A stretch of DNA of 64,000 nt from Geosiphon pyriformis uo1 (taxonomy: Eukaryota; Fungi; Glomeromycota), in assembly GCA_016748015.1 (NCBI GenBank), contig JAAOMT010000727.1, positions 158,203 to 222,202 on the forward strand, read 5' to 3'. Made by a program: the position numbers and the translations under genes. Below, in pieces: positions 13,931 through 25,830 of the stretch; position 1 is the first letter of the stretch, and each line of letters starts with the position of its first letter. The notes beneath the pieces are model-generated. The model saw only the letters and a list, made by a program, of their open reading frames with translations. It was not told the origin of the DNA and ran no database searches.

Positions 13931-16199
13931 TCTAAAAAACTTTTTGTCTCCTTAATTTTATAATCATGACCAAAGCAAAGAGTAAAAAAGCTGCATCTGA
14001 TATTTTTTCTAAGATATCTAATAAAATTTCAACCAAAAAAGTTTTTTCTGTTGTAAAAACAATCAGACAGAATGTTTAAGAGATCTTTCCCTTATTTAGT
14101 AATCATGAAAAGCTGTTTTTAGTAGCTGCTAAAGCATTTTTTTTATTTTTGACTGGTTTTTTACCAGTCAAAGTTCTTTCAAAAAGACACACTTGGATTA
14201 ATCTTAGTGTTGTCTTCACTTCAACTAAGAGCCCAAAAGTTTTTAATAATAAATTAGTTAACAAGCTGGTTTTTCCTTCTATAGCTTTAACACTTAATGC
14301 TGCTAACATTTTTTCTTTGAAAAAAATGGTCAAAAAGACCAAAAGTTCAAAAAAATAAAAGCAGTTACTTGTTTTTACTATTGTTATACTGAATTTTTTG
14401 CGATTTTCAATGAGATTTTAGATAAAATTTCTGTAGTATTATCTGGCACATTATCCAAGATGGGCCAAGATCAACTACTGGCTGTATTGCTAAATATGGT
14501 GTTCTCTAGCAGATCATAGCCAGTTTTAGAAACAAAGCAATTATTTTCTATAGTGTTATCTGTTCTTAAGAACTGGACTAATCAAATAAAAACTGATTTA
14601 TCCCCTTTTTTGGTTTTTGGTGCTGTTTTTAGTGGTGTTTGGAAAACTATTACTAGTCATTAAAGGTTTTTTGGATAAGTAGCCTCCATTCTGGTACTTG
14701 ATGCTACTTTTAAGATTAAATTGACTTATATTAGGGCTGTTTTTTAGTCTGTGCATGGTTTTTTGGGTGCAAAATCAGTATCAAAAGACAATAAAAATCT
14801 TTTCTATATGAAGTTTGCTTTTTATGTATCTTTGAAAGCTGTATTTTTAGTTGAGCTCACAAGCTTTGTTCATTTAACTACTCTTAAAATTGCCAAGTTT
14901 TTGGTGGTTTTTGAGTTTGGTTTCTCTTCTGCTGTTATTGTACTATGTGATGTGTCTTTGGATGTATTTGCTGTTAATATTAAGACAGCTCTTAATGTGT
15001 TTAGTAAAGTTGCTTGTGTTGTGTTAAAGTTTGCTGACATTTGGCAATATGTGATCATTTATTTTACAAAGCTGGACTCTATTGTATTAGCTTTAAATTA
15101 TTAGTCAGTTTTAGTAAATAAAAATAGTATTAGAATCTTTTTTTTGATAAATTAAAATAAGACTATTTTGTTTTTTAAGACCAAGTTAGTTAATTTTTTT
15201 TTTGGCTATATTACTTTTAAAATCAGTGATATAGTTTCTTAGATTGATGATTAGACATGTTTTATCTTCCATCTTCCTAATTCTGGTCATTATTTCCAGT
15301 TTGTTCTGATTACATTTGGTTTTTAAGAGGATTTAAATGCTGTTGTAGTCAAAACTGGTACATTGAAAAAATGCTATATCTGGTGAAAAACTTCTGGTTG
15401 TTGATACTGTTTTAAGTGTTAAGAAATTGGTGAGTTGTATGATGTCTCTATTTTCTTTTCTCAAAACTTCTAAGATCTTTACACTATATTTTGTTGGCTT
15501 TAGGTCTTATGTTAAGGCTTTTGCTCTTTTGAGCTTTTCTGAGTTTCTATCTCTGTTATCTTTTGCATCTTTTTTAGTTATTACTGGTAATTTTTTGGTG
15601 TTATCTTAGTTGTCTTCTCTGAAATCTGATTTGATTAAGCTTTCTGCATTAGTTGAGTTTATTGTTAAACCTGTTGGTAAATTGGTAATAGTTTTTGAAC
15701 AATTTATTAAGAGTGATTTTATATTAAACAACAAGTTTGAGAACAAATTTAATAAGCTTATAGTACATTTAGGTGCTTTTAGCAAGTCTGTTGGTAAGTT
15801 AAAAAAAGAGATTATTGTCTTAAAAACTGAGTATGACATGGAAAATATTAATTTATTTGGTAATCCTAAAGTTCTAGTTGAAATAAATAATAAAGTGTTT
15901 GGTAAGTTGATGGCATTCTGGAAATTTGAATCTCTTGAGATTAAGTCTAGTGTCATAAAAACAGCTAAGTGGCTTGTTAGATTGGTTTCTAGTAGTCTCA
16001 CTTTGTTTAATGTAATTCAAAAAATGTTTATCTTGAACAAGTTTTCTTGTAAGTTGCCAGCATTGTATAGTCTAAACTGGTTTAAATAGCTAGTTATATG
16101 TAAAAAGTGCATGAATCATGTTTAATACTGAAACACTTAGTTTATTCTGACTTACTAAATAATAATTGAGTCATACTTATTAAATCTTAATAAAAAAAA
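13931..16199 (+). mobile_element. ORF1-only non-autonomous non-LTR element (HAL1-like), copy 2
   Basis: ATG at 13966 (MTKAKSKKAA...). Decayed ~700-codon ORF to ~16089 with RRM-like segments, a knuckle remnant at ~15400 and a C-terminal coiled coil ('SSLKSDLIKLSALVE'), running directly into the 3' tail and poly(A). No APE or RT motifs. Confidence 0.85.
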
Positions 16200-16785
16200 T
16201 AAACAATTAAATAATTAGTTTATATTTTTATTAAACTTGATAATTTATAAATTTTAGTATAATTTTTAAGAAAATTTTTCACAACAATAGCAATAATTAT
16301 TTGTTTTTTATTATAACATTTGTTTTATATTATTATAAATACATAGTATTATATTTGTTATTAAGTAATTTTTACATTTTTTAAATAAATATAATTAATT
16401 TTTAAAATATTAACTAGTAGTTATTTTTTTATTATTCATTGTTTTTAGCTAAGTGATTAAAAATATATTTTGTTTAAATTTAAAAAGAACTTGAAATGTC
16501 TTATGCAATTCAGCAAATTTTTTTTCTTGGGATTTTTTTTGAACAATCACAATTGCAAAAAATGAATTGCTTTTTCATATTTGGTAAAACAGTTGTAATT
16601 ATTATTATTTATATATAGGTAATTTTATATATTAATTTTTATCATCTTGTAATTTTTTTACATCATATTTGACAAATTAAATGAGCTTTATTGATTTTAT
16701 TATTGCACAATTCAATAATAGTTTTTTGGCAGTAAGAAATTAAATCAGACCAATGACAACTATTGCTCCATTTTTATTGTACTGT

Positions 16786-19572
16786 TTATGCCCTTTTGCA
16801 TTTTTTTTTCTCGCCTTTTTAGCATAACAGGAGATTAGTAAATCTGACAAAAAAACAAACAATACATTGACATACCTTCATTATACTGTAAAGGCTCCAT
16901 ATTTTTCACAATTTCCTTGCACTGTTGGACCTACTTATTACTTGCATTATGTCCACCCCAAAGAATGCCATTTTTTTTTTCGACAGGATCAATATAAGAT
17001 ATTAACAACTTGTGCAATAGTGATTCTATTACATCACTATCTGCATCATTGAAACATGCATACATATTTTTTGAGAGTTCATAAATGCTCAAATGTCCCA
17101 TTCTGTCCTTGGCTTCTGCTCGTGTTTTCACTCCAATGTTTAAAATATTATTGTATTCAATACTTTCAGATGTCACTCCAAGACTCATGTAAATCCCAAA
17201 GTAAGATAAAGGAAAGAGTTTGCAGTCATCAATGCCAATATAACAAGTTGTTTATTTGAATATATTATCCATTTTTGGTTATTTAAATGATTGTTTGCTC
17301 TTTTTTTGCTGCTTTTTGTCACCAGTTAAACCATCAGCTTCACGATTCTTGACTTGGATACCAATGAATATCACGTTCTCTTCTGTGATTGGAGTTTCAT
17401 CATCTCAAACCATGGCAACTGGAATAATAATATCCCCTTTTTGATTTTGCTTACAAAAAACTGCTGCACCATAAAAAAAAAATTTGATAAAATCTAGTCT
17501 TGTAGGTGTAAACTCAATGTATACAAAATGATTAAACCTAATCTTGCTATCACGAAGTGTTATACTGTTGGCTTGAATAGTAAAAATCAAACTAAGCTTT
17601 TTCCAGGAGTCCCGACCAACAAGTATGTCAAAAAATTTTTGTATGGTAATGGTCTGTAAATACATGTTCCAGACTTTGGGTTTTAACTGAATTGCTTTGT
17701 CAATTGCTAAAAGATACAGAATTCTACTGACAAGTTCATCCTGATTATCTGTATTGACAATAATGTAATTCCTGATTGAGCTGACTAATTGGCCCAAAAC
17801 TTGCATGAGAATTTCAGATTGGTTTATTATATGGCTTGCAGCCTCAGCTAATACTGGTTCACTTGGACATGCAGTAACAAGAGATTCTCATGCCTTATCA
17901 ACATGACACAAGATTCTTATATGGCTACTGACTAACTTGGATGCTTGTTGTAAAAGATTCGAGATTTCCAAATAAAGCCGTGGTCCAAGAATTGCTAGTG
18001 CTTCTGTTACTTTTTTGATAATTACAATTTGCTCTGTTTTATATATGTTCCTGGCTTTCTTACTGTTGCAGAGAATTTTCTCTGTGGCAAATTCTACAAT
18101 GACTTGGTTGGCAACATCTGCCCAAAGAGGACGGCCCATGTAGCAAATTTGATTCATTGCTATTGAAACTGTAACAACTGCTAGTTTTTGTATGCAGCAG
18201 TCCAACACATCAAGTAAATAAAATGGTTTATACAGTCTTTGTCCTTCAGAGCTGATTCTGGTGGATGAATTGTGACAATTTGCAGGAGAGAAATTTAAAA
18301 CTTTTGATAGAGTGTCTGTGAAAAGCACCATAAAACCACCATCCAAGTCCAGAATGGCCTGTAGTACTCTCCACAGATTACAGAAATTATCATTTTTGGT
18401 GAGCACTCTGGCTTCATCAAAAGCCAACAATATTTTTAATAAATGTTTGTTTAGCTTCCTCAATGTAACTATAAGTTTTTTATATTAAACTGCTACCTTT
18501 TTTCGAATGTCCTCGATTTGAGGCTCTCTGATATCATTGAGCCTTGATTTCATCTCACCTCTTACATTGTCTCAAAGACTTTTCTGCAAGTTGAACATAT
18601 CATCACAAATGTCACTGATGAAAATATCAAATATGTGACCACATGTCTTCTCCAGTGTTTTCTCATAAAATTGAAGTTGCATATTCACAAACCCTGAACA
18701 CTTACAAAACAAAGCCACTAGAAAGATGAGATAATAAGCTTCCGAATATGCTTTTTCAGTGAGTTCAGTAACAATATCCGAACAATTTGGATAGTTTTTC
18801 GATTCAGAATCACATAAACAAATATAAATGACTAAAACATTTTTTTCAACTGCCAATTCTCGCAATAGTCTGGACTTTTTTGTCCCGCTGGCTTGTATTA
18901 GTGATGTGTAAGGAGCATAAAACTACTGCGACATCCAGCTCATTGCGCACTGTTCCAAATGGCGAAAGAAGACATCGACATAGTCCTCTTGAGGTTTCAT
19001 TAATGTACTTCTGAATGCAATTTTCAACATAGCATAATTTGGGTTAAATTTCTGTGTATTGACACTACTTTGTAGACCGGATGCTGAAGATTTTTCTGTG
19101 AAATCAGCGTTGAAATAAAAGGCAAATAAATAAGCCCAATTTAGCCAGCATTGCAAATAATATCTCAAGGTTTTATTCAAAAAAAGGCCTCCATTCCCAA
19201 TATCCAAATCACAAAGTTATTACCTGTCTTAGTTGTTTCTATCAATGTATTTTGTAAATTTTGCATTTGCATCTTCCATTCATTCTTTTCTACTTTTAGC
19301 TCCTTCACTTTTTTTTTTGGCTTTTTTTTTTGCTTTTCTAGTGCCTTTATATCTTCTATCTACCAATGCTTTTTGTTTTCATTCTTGTACTTCTTCTGTC
19401 TCAAATTCTTCTTCAATTCACATAACTCATCTTTTTTTTTAAACTCCTTTTCCTTCTTACCTTCCATTAACTTTTCTAGCTTCTTACCCTTCTTCTTCAG
19501 CTTCTCCACGCATCTTTCATACTGGGTTTTTATGTATTTTAATTCATATTTAATATCTTTAATGCTCGTCAT
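16786..19572 (-). pseudogene. Crinkler-like effector: coiled-coil header + P-loop NTPase + PD-(D/E)xK nuclease; inactivated by nonsense codons
   Basis: Exons 19572-19224, 19095-16876 and 16814-16786 with GT..AG phase-1 introns. Walker A 'YAPYTSLIQASGTKKSRL' (~18870-18920), Walker B 'LLAFDEAR', 'PSEPVLAEAA' (~17840-17867), 'KGDIIIP' and 'GIQVKN' (~17345-17360). All five exon-2 ORF-track fragments are in one frame, separated by stops. Confidence 0.85.
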
Positions 19573-20947
19573 GCTGTTTTGTGTGTTTGTTATGATTTGG
19601 AAAGATATAGCCTAATATATGTTTGGTTTGTGTCAATGACATTTCAGATCTTTGATTTATCAGTATAAATTTAACAAACTCTGTTATTGTTAAATTATAA
19701 CAATAATCAGAGTTTTTAACCCCTGCAGTATGCCTACATTATATATCTGTTATTTAATAATTATTGTATTGTGCAATATTTTATTAATATGTTTATTAAT
19801 ATTGAATAAAATTTGTTTTATTATTTTAAAATAAAAATAATTGTAAGTTTTAAAAATTAGAATTAATACTATTAAAATTGAAAAAAATCAAGCCAATATT
19901 AAAATATATTTTTATTTTAAACATTATATATTTAAGTTTTAATAACTTTATATTTTACAAAATTTTTAATTAGTTATTTTTATATTTATTATATAAATTT
20001 ATTTTAAAAAACAAATATTATAGATTTTATAAATTTTTAAACAATAAGACAATAATATTAATAATATTTTTAAAAAAGTAAAAAAACAGTTTTTTAAAAA
20101 AATTTCTGTTTTTATTATATTTTTATTAATATTTTACAAGACAATAATTTTTTTGTCTTAAACTTAATTGCTATTATTAATAATACTATAATTAAAAAAA
20201 GTCAATAAATAAAACTATTTATGGTTTTATAAATAATATTTTTACATAAAAATTTAAAGTTTTGGTTAAAAATATTAAAAACTTAGATAATAAAATAAAT
20301 TTAATTTTAAAAATACTTTTAGATAATATTTGTATTAAATAATTGAAAAATATAAAAACTAATTTTGCAAAAAAGATAAAAATTCTTTTAAATATTAATA
20401 TTAATTAAAAAACAAATAATAAAAGTAAGGCTTTTTTATATTTTTAATTAAATACTTTAAAACTAAAAAGATAAATACAAATAAAATAATAGTTTTTTTA
20501 TTTTTATATTTTATTGCTTTAAGATCTAAATATTAAATCTAAAAATTTTTATTAAAAAAATTTTATTTTAGATATTAATTTATTAATAATTGTCAAAAAT
20601 TATTTTTATAATAAATAATTTTAAAAGACTATTATTTTTTTAAAAATTTATATTTATCTTTAAAAATTTGCAAAAAATTAAAACATTATTTAAAAATAAA
20701 AAATCTAAATAAACAATAATCTTAAAAAACAAATTATATATTTAAATTAAATTATAATTTTTAAAAAAATTTTCATAAATATTTTTAAAAAAGTAATTAT
20801 ATTGGTTTATTTGAATTTAATAAGATTATATTAATTTAATTACAACTAATTAAACTATAAAAAAAGCTATAATAAAATTTGTTAAATTTAATTAAATTAA
20901 TTTATTAACTTCAAAATAATTTTTTTAATTAATAAAAATTTTATATA
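19573..20947 (-). promoter_or_regulatory. Promoter/upstream block shared with the gene at 48048-49946
   Basis: 19573-19670 is near-identical to 49947-50045. AT-rich homology continues to ~20947 versus ~52542, skipping the LINE insert in the second copy. Confidence 0.8.
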
Positions 20948-20949
20948 AA

Positions 20950-21154
20950 AATTTTTATGTGCTACTTTTTTTAAAATTCTGTTTTCTAATCTTAATTTAT
21001 AAGCTTTATTGTTTAAAACTTTGTGTATATAAAAGAGTCTATCCTATTTTGAATTAAATTTTCTACTTTACTGTTTTTTAGCTTTATATAATATAATAGT
21101 ACTTAATTTCTAATTTTGAATTTAATTAATTAGTTAAATAGACAATTATTATAT
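20950..21154 (-). mobile_element. Fragment of family A integrase C-terminus
   Basis: Homologous to ~22900-23100 ('ctattttgaattaaattttctactttactgtttt'). Confidence 0.65.
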
Positions 21155-22034
21155 TGTTACAAGTAATTATTTGAAGTGTTAAAACAAATAACAAATCTGT
21201 AACTTAGTGCTTAATAGTTGTTAATAATAATAGTTTCTGAAAGTTTTTAAGTCTGAAAATTTTAATTGACTCTTTTATATAATAGACAAAAATTCAATTA
21301 ATGGTTTTTTTTCATGAATTTTTTTTTCAACATAGTGACCAGTTTATTTTAGCAGTTGTGCTTTTCTGGTAAACTATTTTTAAGTTTTTTATTCTTATTT
21401 TTGGGTCTTTTATCAAGCTATCTTTGATATTAAATACTTAGTGTTTAATTCCTTAATTAATTAATAAACAACAAAAAAAATAAAATAAAATAAAATAAAA
21501 TAAAAAAAAATAAGAAAAAAAAAATAAAAAATTAGTATCCTGTTAATAGTCATAATTAAGAGCTATTAATCCAGTATAGTTAAGTATTGGCTTCTATCAA
21601 CATAAAGAATTAATAGTGTAAAATTGATTAATATTTCTTAATTAAGTGATGATAATATAGATTCAGATAATAATAGATGTTTTTATTAATATGAATATAA
21701 TTTTACTTCAAGTTATAGCAAACTATTTTTTGAAGAAAAAAATATTAGATAAATAATTGTTTTTAATTAAATTGTTTATTTTTCTTGTTTCTAATACTCT
21801 TATTATATATATATAAATTATGTTATACAAGATTCTTTAAAATCTTTCAATTTCTTTAAAAAGAATTCTAAAATTTTGGAATCTTGTAATTTTTCAAAAA
21901 AAATTCTAAAATTCTGGAATTTTAAAATCTTGCAATTTTTCAAAAAAAATTCTGAAATTTTTCTTTTTATTATGTTTATTTCTGATTGGTTATTTTATCT
22001 ATTTATTATAATTTCTAATTTTCTATAAGTAATA
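21155..22034 (-). repeat. 3' LTR of A2 (U3 type R2, GAATTC-rich short repeats at ~21830-21960)
   Basis: tgttaca ... aagtaata termini. U3 matches 34428-35232 and 58258-59133. Confidence 0.85.
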
Positions 22035-25000
22035 TTATTCTTTTTTTTTAATATTGAACTTTGTTAAGATCTCTTAAATCTTTTTTTTGGATTAGTTTTA
22101 TAACTTTTTTTTCAATAATTGCTTTTGTAATTCTGGTTTGCAATTCTTCAAATTGAATATTGTTTAATTTTTCCAGTTGGTTAATAATTAATATACATAT
22201 TTCTAAATATAGCAGTATTTTTGATCAGTTCTAAAATCCTATCTGTAATTAGTAAATGGTTTTTATATATGTAGATAAATTGTTTTTTCTCATAACTTGT
22301 TTGATTTGTTGTATTATTGTTGAATTAAATATTTTTTTAGTTTTATTTGTGTATAAGTTTTGAATATTTAATTTTTGTTTTAATTAATAGTAATAAAAAT
22401 TTTTGAGAATTTGTTGTATTTATTAGTTCCAATTTTCTAAGACAAATTCTTTATCTGGTATTAATATTTTTGGAGTTTTTAATGTTTTTTTCACTTTTTT
22501 TATTATTTTGTTTACTATATTTCTAAAAGTATACTATCTAAGATATTGTTTTTTATTTTAAAATCTTTAAGTTATTTTTTTGTCTTTATATTGTATTGTT
22601 TATTTATTAATAATAACTTTAAAACTTGATTTCTGATGTTAAATAAATTGTAAAAATTATTGTACAAATGAATGAATATTGTTAGTAATTTTTATTTTTA
22701 TTATTGCTTTCATTATGTATATTGATTTTTTATATACTGTTCTAATTAATTAATTTAATATATTTGTTTTAATAATTATAATTAGTTTCAGATTTTGTGG
22801 AATCTTATCTGGTTTGATTAGTATTTGTTGTACTTCCAATTATAAAATATTACTAGTAAATAATAATATTATATTGTAATATGGTTTTAGTTAATTATTA
22901 TATACTGTTTTGGCTAAAATTTTGTTGTTTTATCTTAATTTATATGCTTTATTTTTCAAAATTTCTTTAATGTAAAATAAACTGTACTATTTGGAATCAA
23001 ATTTTCTACTTTATTGTTTTTTTATTTTGTTACAATATAAAAGTACTTTGTCTTCAATCTTAAATTCAGCTGGTTTATTTGGTAACTGGTTATTATGTTG
23101 TTTTTTTTGTAATTTTTATATATAGCTACTGTTATATATTAGTTGTCTTTATTGATTATTGTTAATGGTCTGACTAAATCAATTTCAATTTAATTGAATA
23201 GTTGTTTTACTTTAATTGGTCTTAGTAATTCACTGAGTTTTATTTCTTTTTTTCTTTAATAAGCATTACAACTTTGAACATATTGAATAATATCTGGATA
23301 TATTAATAATTAATAATATCTTTTTCTGGTTCTTTTTATAATTGCTTTTTTATAAAAATATTTGGCAGTTGAATTTGAGTGTATATTAAATAATAATATT
23401 TTTTTTCTGGTTCTGTAATTACTTTGAGTAGTTAATTTGAATTTTTTCTGTTTTTTTAATATAATATATTTTGGTAAATAATAAAATATTTTGATTGTTG
23501 TTTTATGTAATTTTGTTCTTTTCAAGATAATTTTTTCTTAAATTATTAAGTATTAATATAATATTGAAATTGTGATATTTTTGTGTATTTATTTTTTGTT
23601 ATATTTTTGGATTAAAATGGTTTTAGATTTGTCTTATTTGTAATAATTTGTTAGCATTTTCATTTTTTATGATGTACTGTATATTTAAATAGTAATAATT
23701 TTATTTTCTATCTTATATGATAATTGTTTTTAAATTTTTGCTTTTAGATTAATGTTAATTTTTTGTAATAGTGTACATATTAAACTTTTGATTTAAGTAT
23801 TTTTTTTATTTTATAATGGCCCAATAAATAGCTAAATGTTTTAGTGTTAAAGTTTTATAATTTTTTTTAGCTGAACTTAAACTTCAGCTGGCATATGTTA
23901 TTGGATGTTTTCATTTATCTACTCTTTTTTGTAACAATACAGCTCTTAATGTTTGGTCTAATGCATTAATGATAATAATAAATAGTTTGCTGTAATTTAG
24001 ATAAATCAATACTAGAGCTTAAATAAGCTTTTTTTGCAGTATATTAAAAGCTTCTTGTTAATTTTTAGTCTATTTGTATTTAATATTCTTTGCTTAGAGC
24101 TAGTAAAGTAATTAAGCCAGTTTGGAAAAATTTTGGATAAAGTGGCAGTAATATTCAGCAAATTTTAAGAATGTTCTTAGTTCTATTAAGTTTATTTATA
24201 CTGAAAAGTTTTTAATTATTTTAATTTTGTTTGGATCTATTTTAATGCTGTTTTTGTTTATAATATGTTCCAAAAACTTGAATTCAGTTTTTCCAAAAAA
24301 CACTTATTAGTATTTAACTTAAGCTTTGTTTTTTTTTAACTTTTCAAATACATAATAAAGATGATAAAAATAATTATCAAATATTTTAGAAAACATGTTT
24401 GTATTATCCAAATAGATTATTACTGATTTTCATAATAATCTTGTATAAAAAATTTTTATTAATTATTAAAAAATAGTGGAAGTAATGGTTAAGCCAAAAG
24501 ACATAATGTTAAATTCAAAATTTATTTTTCTAGTAATAAATGCTGTCTTTTTTTTATTGGCTAAATTTATGGCTATTTGCTAGTAATTACTATTTAAGTC
24601 GAATATTAAGAACTATTTTTTCCTTCAAAAGCATTGAATAGCTCTTGAATTTGTAAAATTGAGTAGCTATTTTTATGAGTAATACTGTTAAGTTTTCAGT
24701 AGTCTACACAAAAGCAGATCTTTTAATTTTTTTTGGATAAATATTATTGATGATAACTATAAACTTATTGATAATTAACTTATTGTTTAACATTTAGTTA
24801 ATTTCTTGTCAGATAATTTCATAGTTAGTTGGTGGTATTTAGTATGTTTATTACTTAATTGATATTGTATCTCCAGTTTTAATCTAATGCTAAATAATAT
24901 TAGTTCTTCCAAATTTGTTTTTACTGGCAAAAATATTAATGAAATTGTTGAATAGTATTTTGAGCTGCATATATTGAAATAGGTCTAAGTTTTCCAAATT

Positions 25001-25439
25001 TATTTGTTCCAACTGTTTTGGTTGTAGCAAATAATATTTTTCTTATTCATATATTGTTTGTGATATAATATTTACATATCTATATAGTTGTAAAAAGTCT
25101 AAAATAGTGGTTGGTAGTTGGTTTTCAACTTTAGTACTTAAGTATCTGATAATAATTTCACTTGGTATTTTAATTAAGTCTCTAATTGTATTGTGTATTA
25201 AAATTTTAATGTATTTATAGTTCTTGGCTGGTATATAAAAATTGGTAATAGCAATCTCTTTTAATTTATAAATGATAGGTTTTAATTCAAATTTTGGAGT
25301 TAATTTTTTACTTTTCTCTCTATAATTAACATATATTGATTATATAATGGAATAGATATTGATTAATTGATAGAGATTATTTCTTTTTAATCAATGGTTT
25401 TTTTTTGTTATATTAACTGGTACTTCTATTCTACTTATT

Positions 25440-25830
25440 AATTCAAATCATTTTTTTTTTCTTGCTGTTATTCCTAACTCTTTCTTTGTTTTTATTAACA
25501 CTAATTGAACTATTTTTACCAAAGATAAAAATATTGTTTGTGTTATCTTTTTATTTGGTTTGATGATATATGTCTTTTCTGATTTATTTTGTAGTATTAC
25601 TATGATATTTTCTACATATTCTGCATCAATTATTTCTCCTTTGATATTAATTTCTTTTTTCATTAAACTAGATTTAGACACTAATTAAATTATTTTTATT
25701 GCCAAAATTTCCAGTGCTATTTTTAAATATATGTTAATATATAAATGAGATTCTAATCTAATGGCAGTTTTTTCTGAATATTTGAAATTAAATTTTGTAT
25801 CAATATTATATATGTATTCTGACATAATAT
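25440..25830 (-). pseudogene. dUTPase domain inside the Gypsy A2 pol
   Basis: 'SKSSLMKKEINIKGEIIDAEYVENIIVILQN..KKITQTIF..ITARKKK', i.e. dUTPase motifs 2-5. Confidence 0.87.

Noticed and set aside
16075-16195. 3' tail as 5S rRNA, tRNA-derived SINE or hammerhead ribozyme
   Set aside because: No recognisable A/B boxes, 5S sequence or CUGAUGA core by eye; kept only as an unassigned structured tail.
19151-19615. Phe/Ser-rich + strand ORFs (154 aa, 69 aa) that look like membrane proteins
   Set aside because: Antisense shadow of the Lys/Glu-rich exon 1 on the minus strand.
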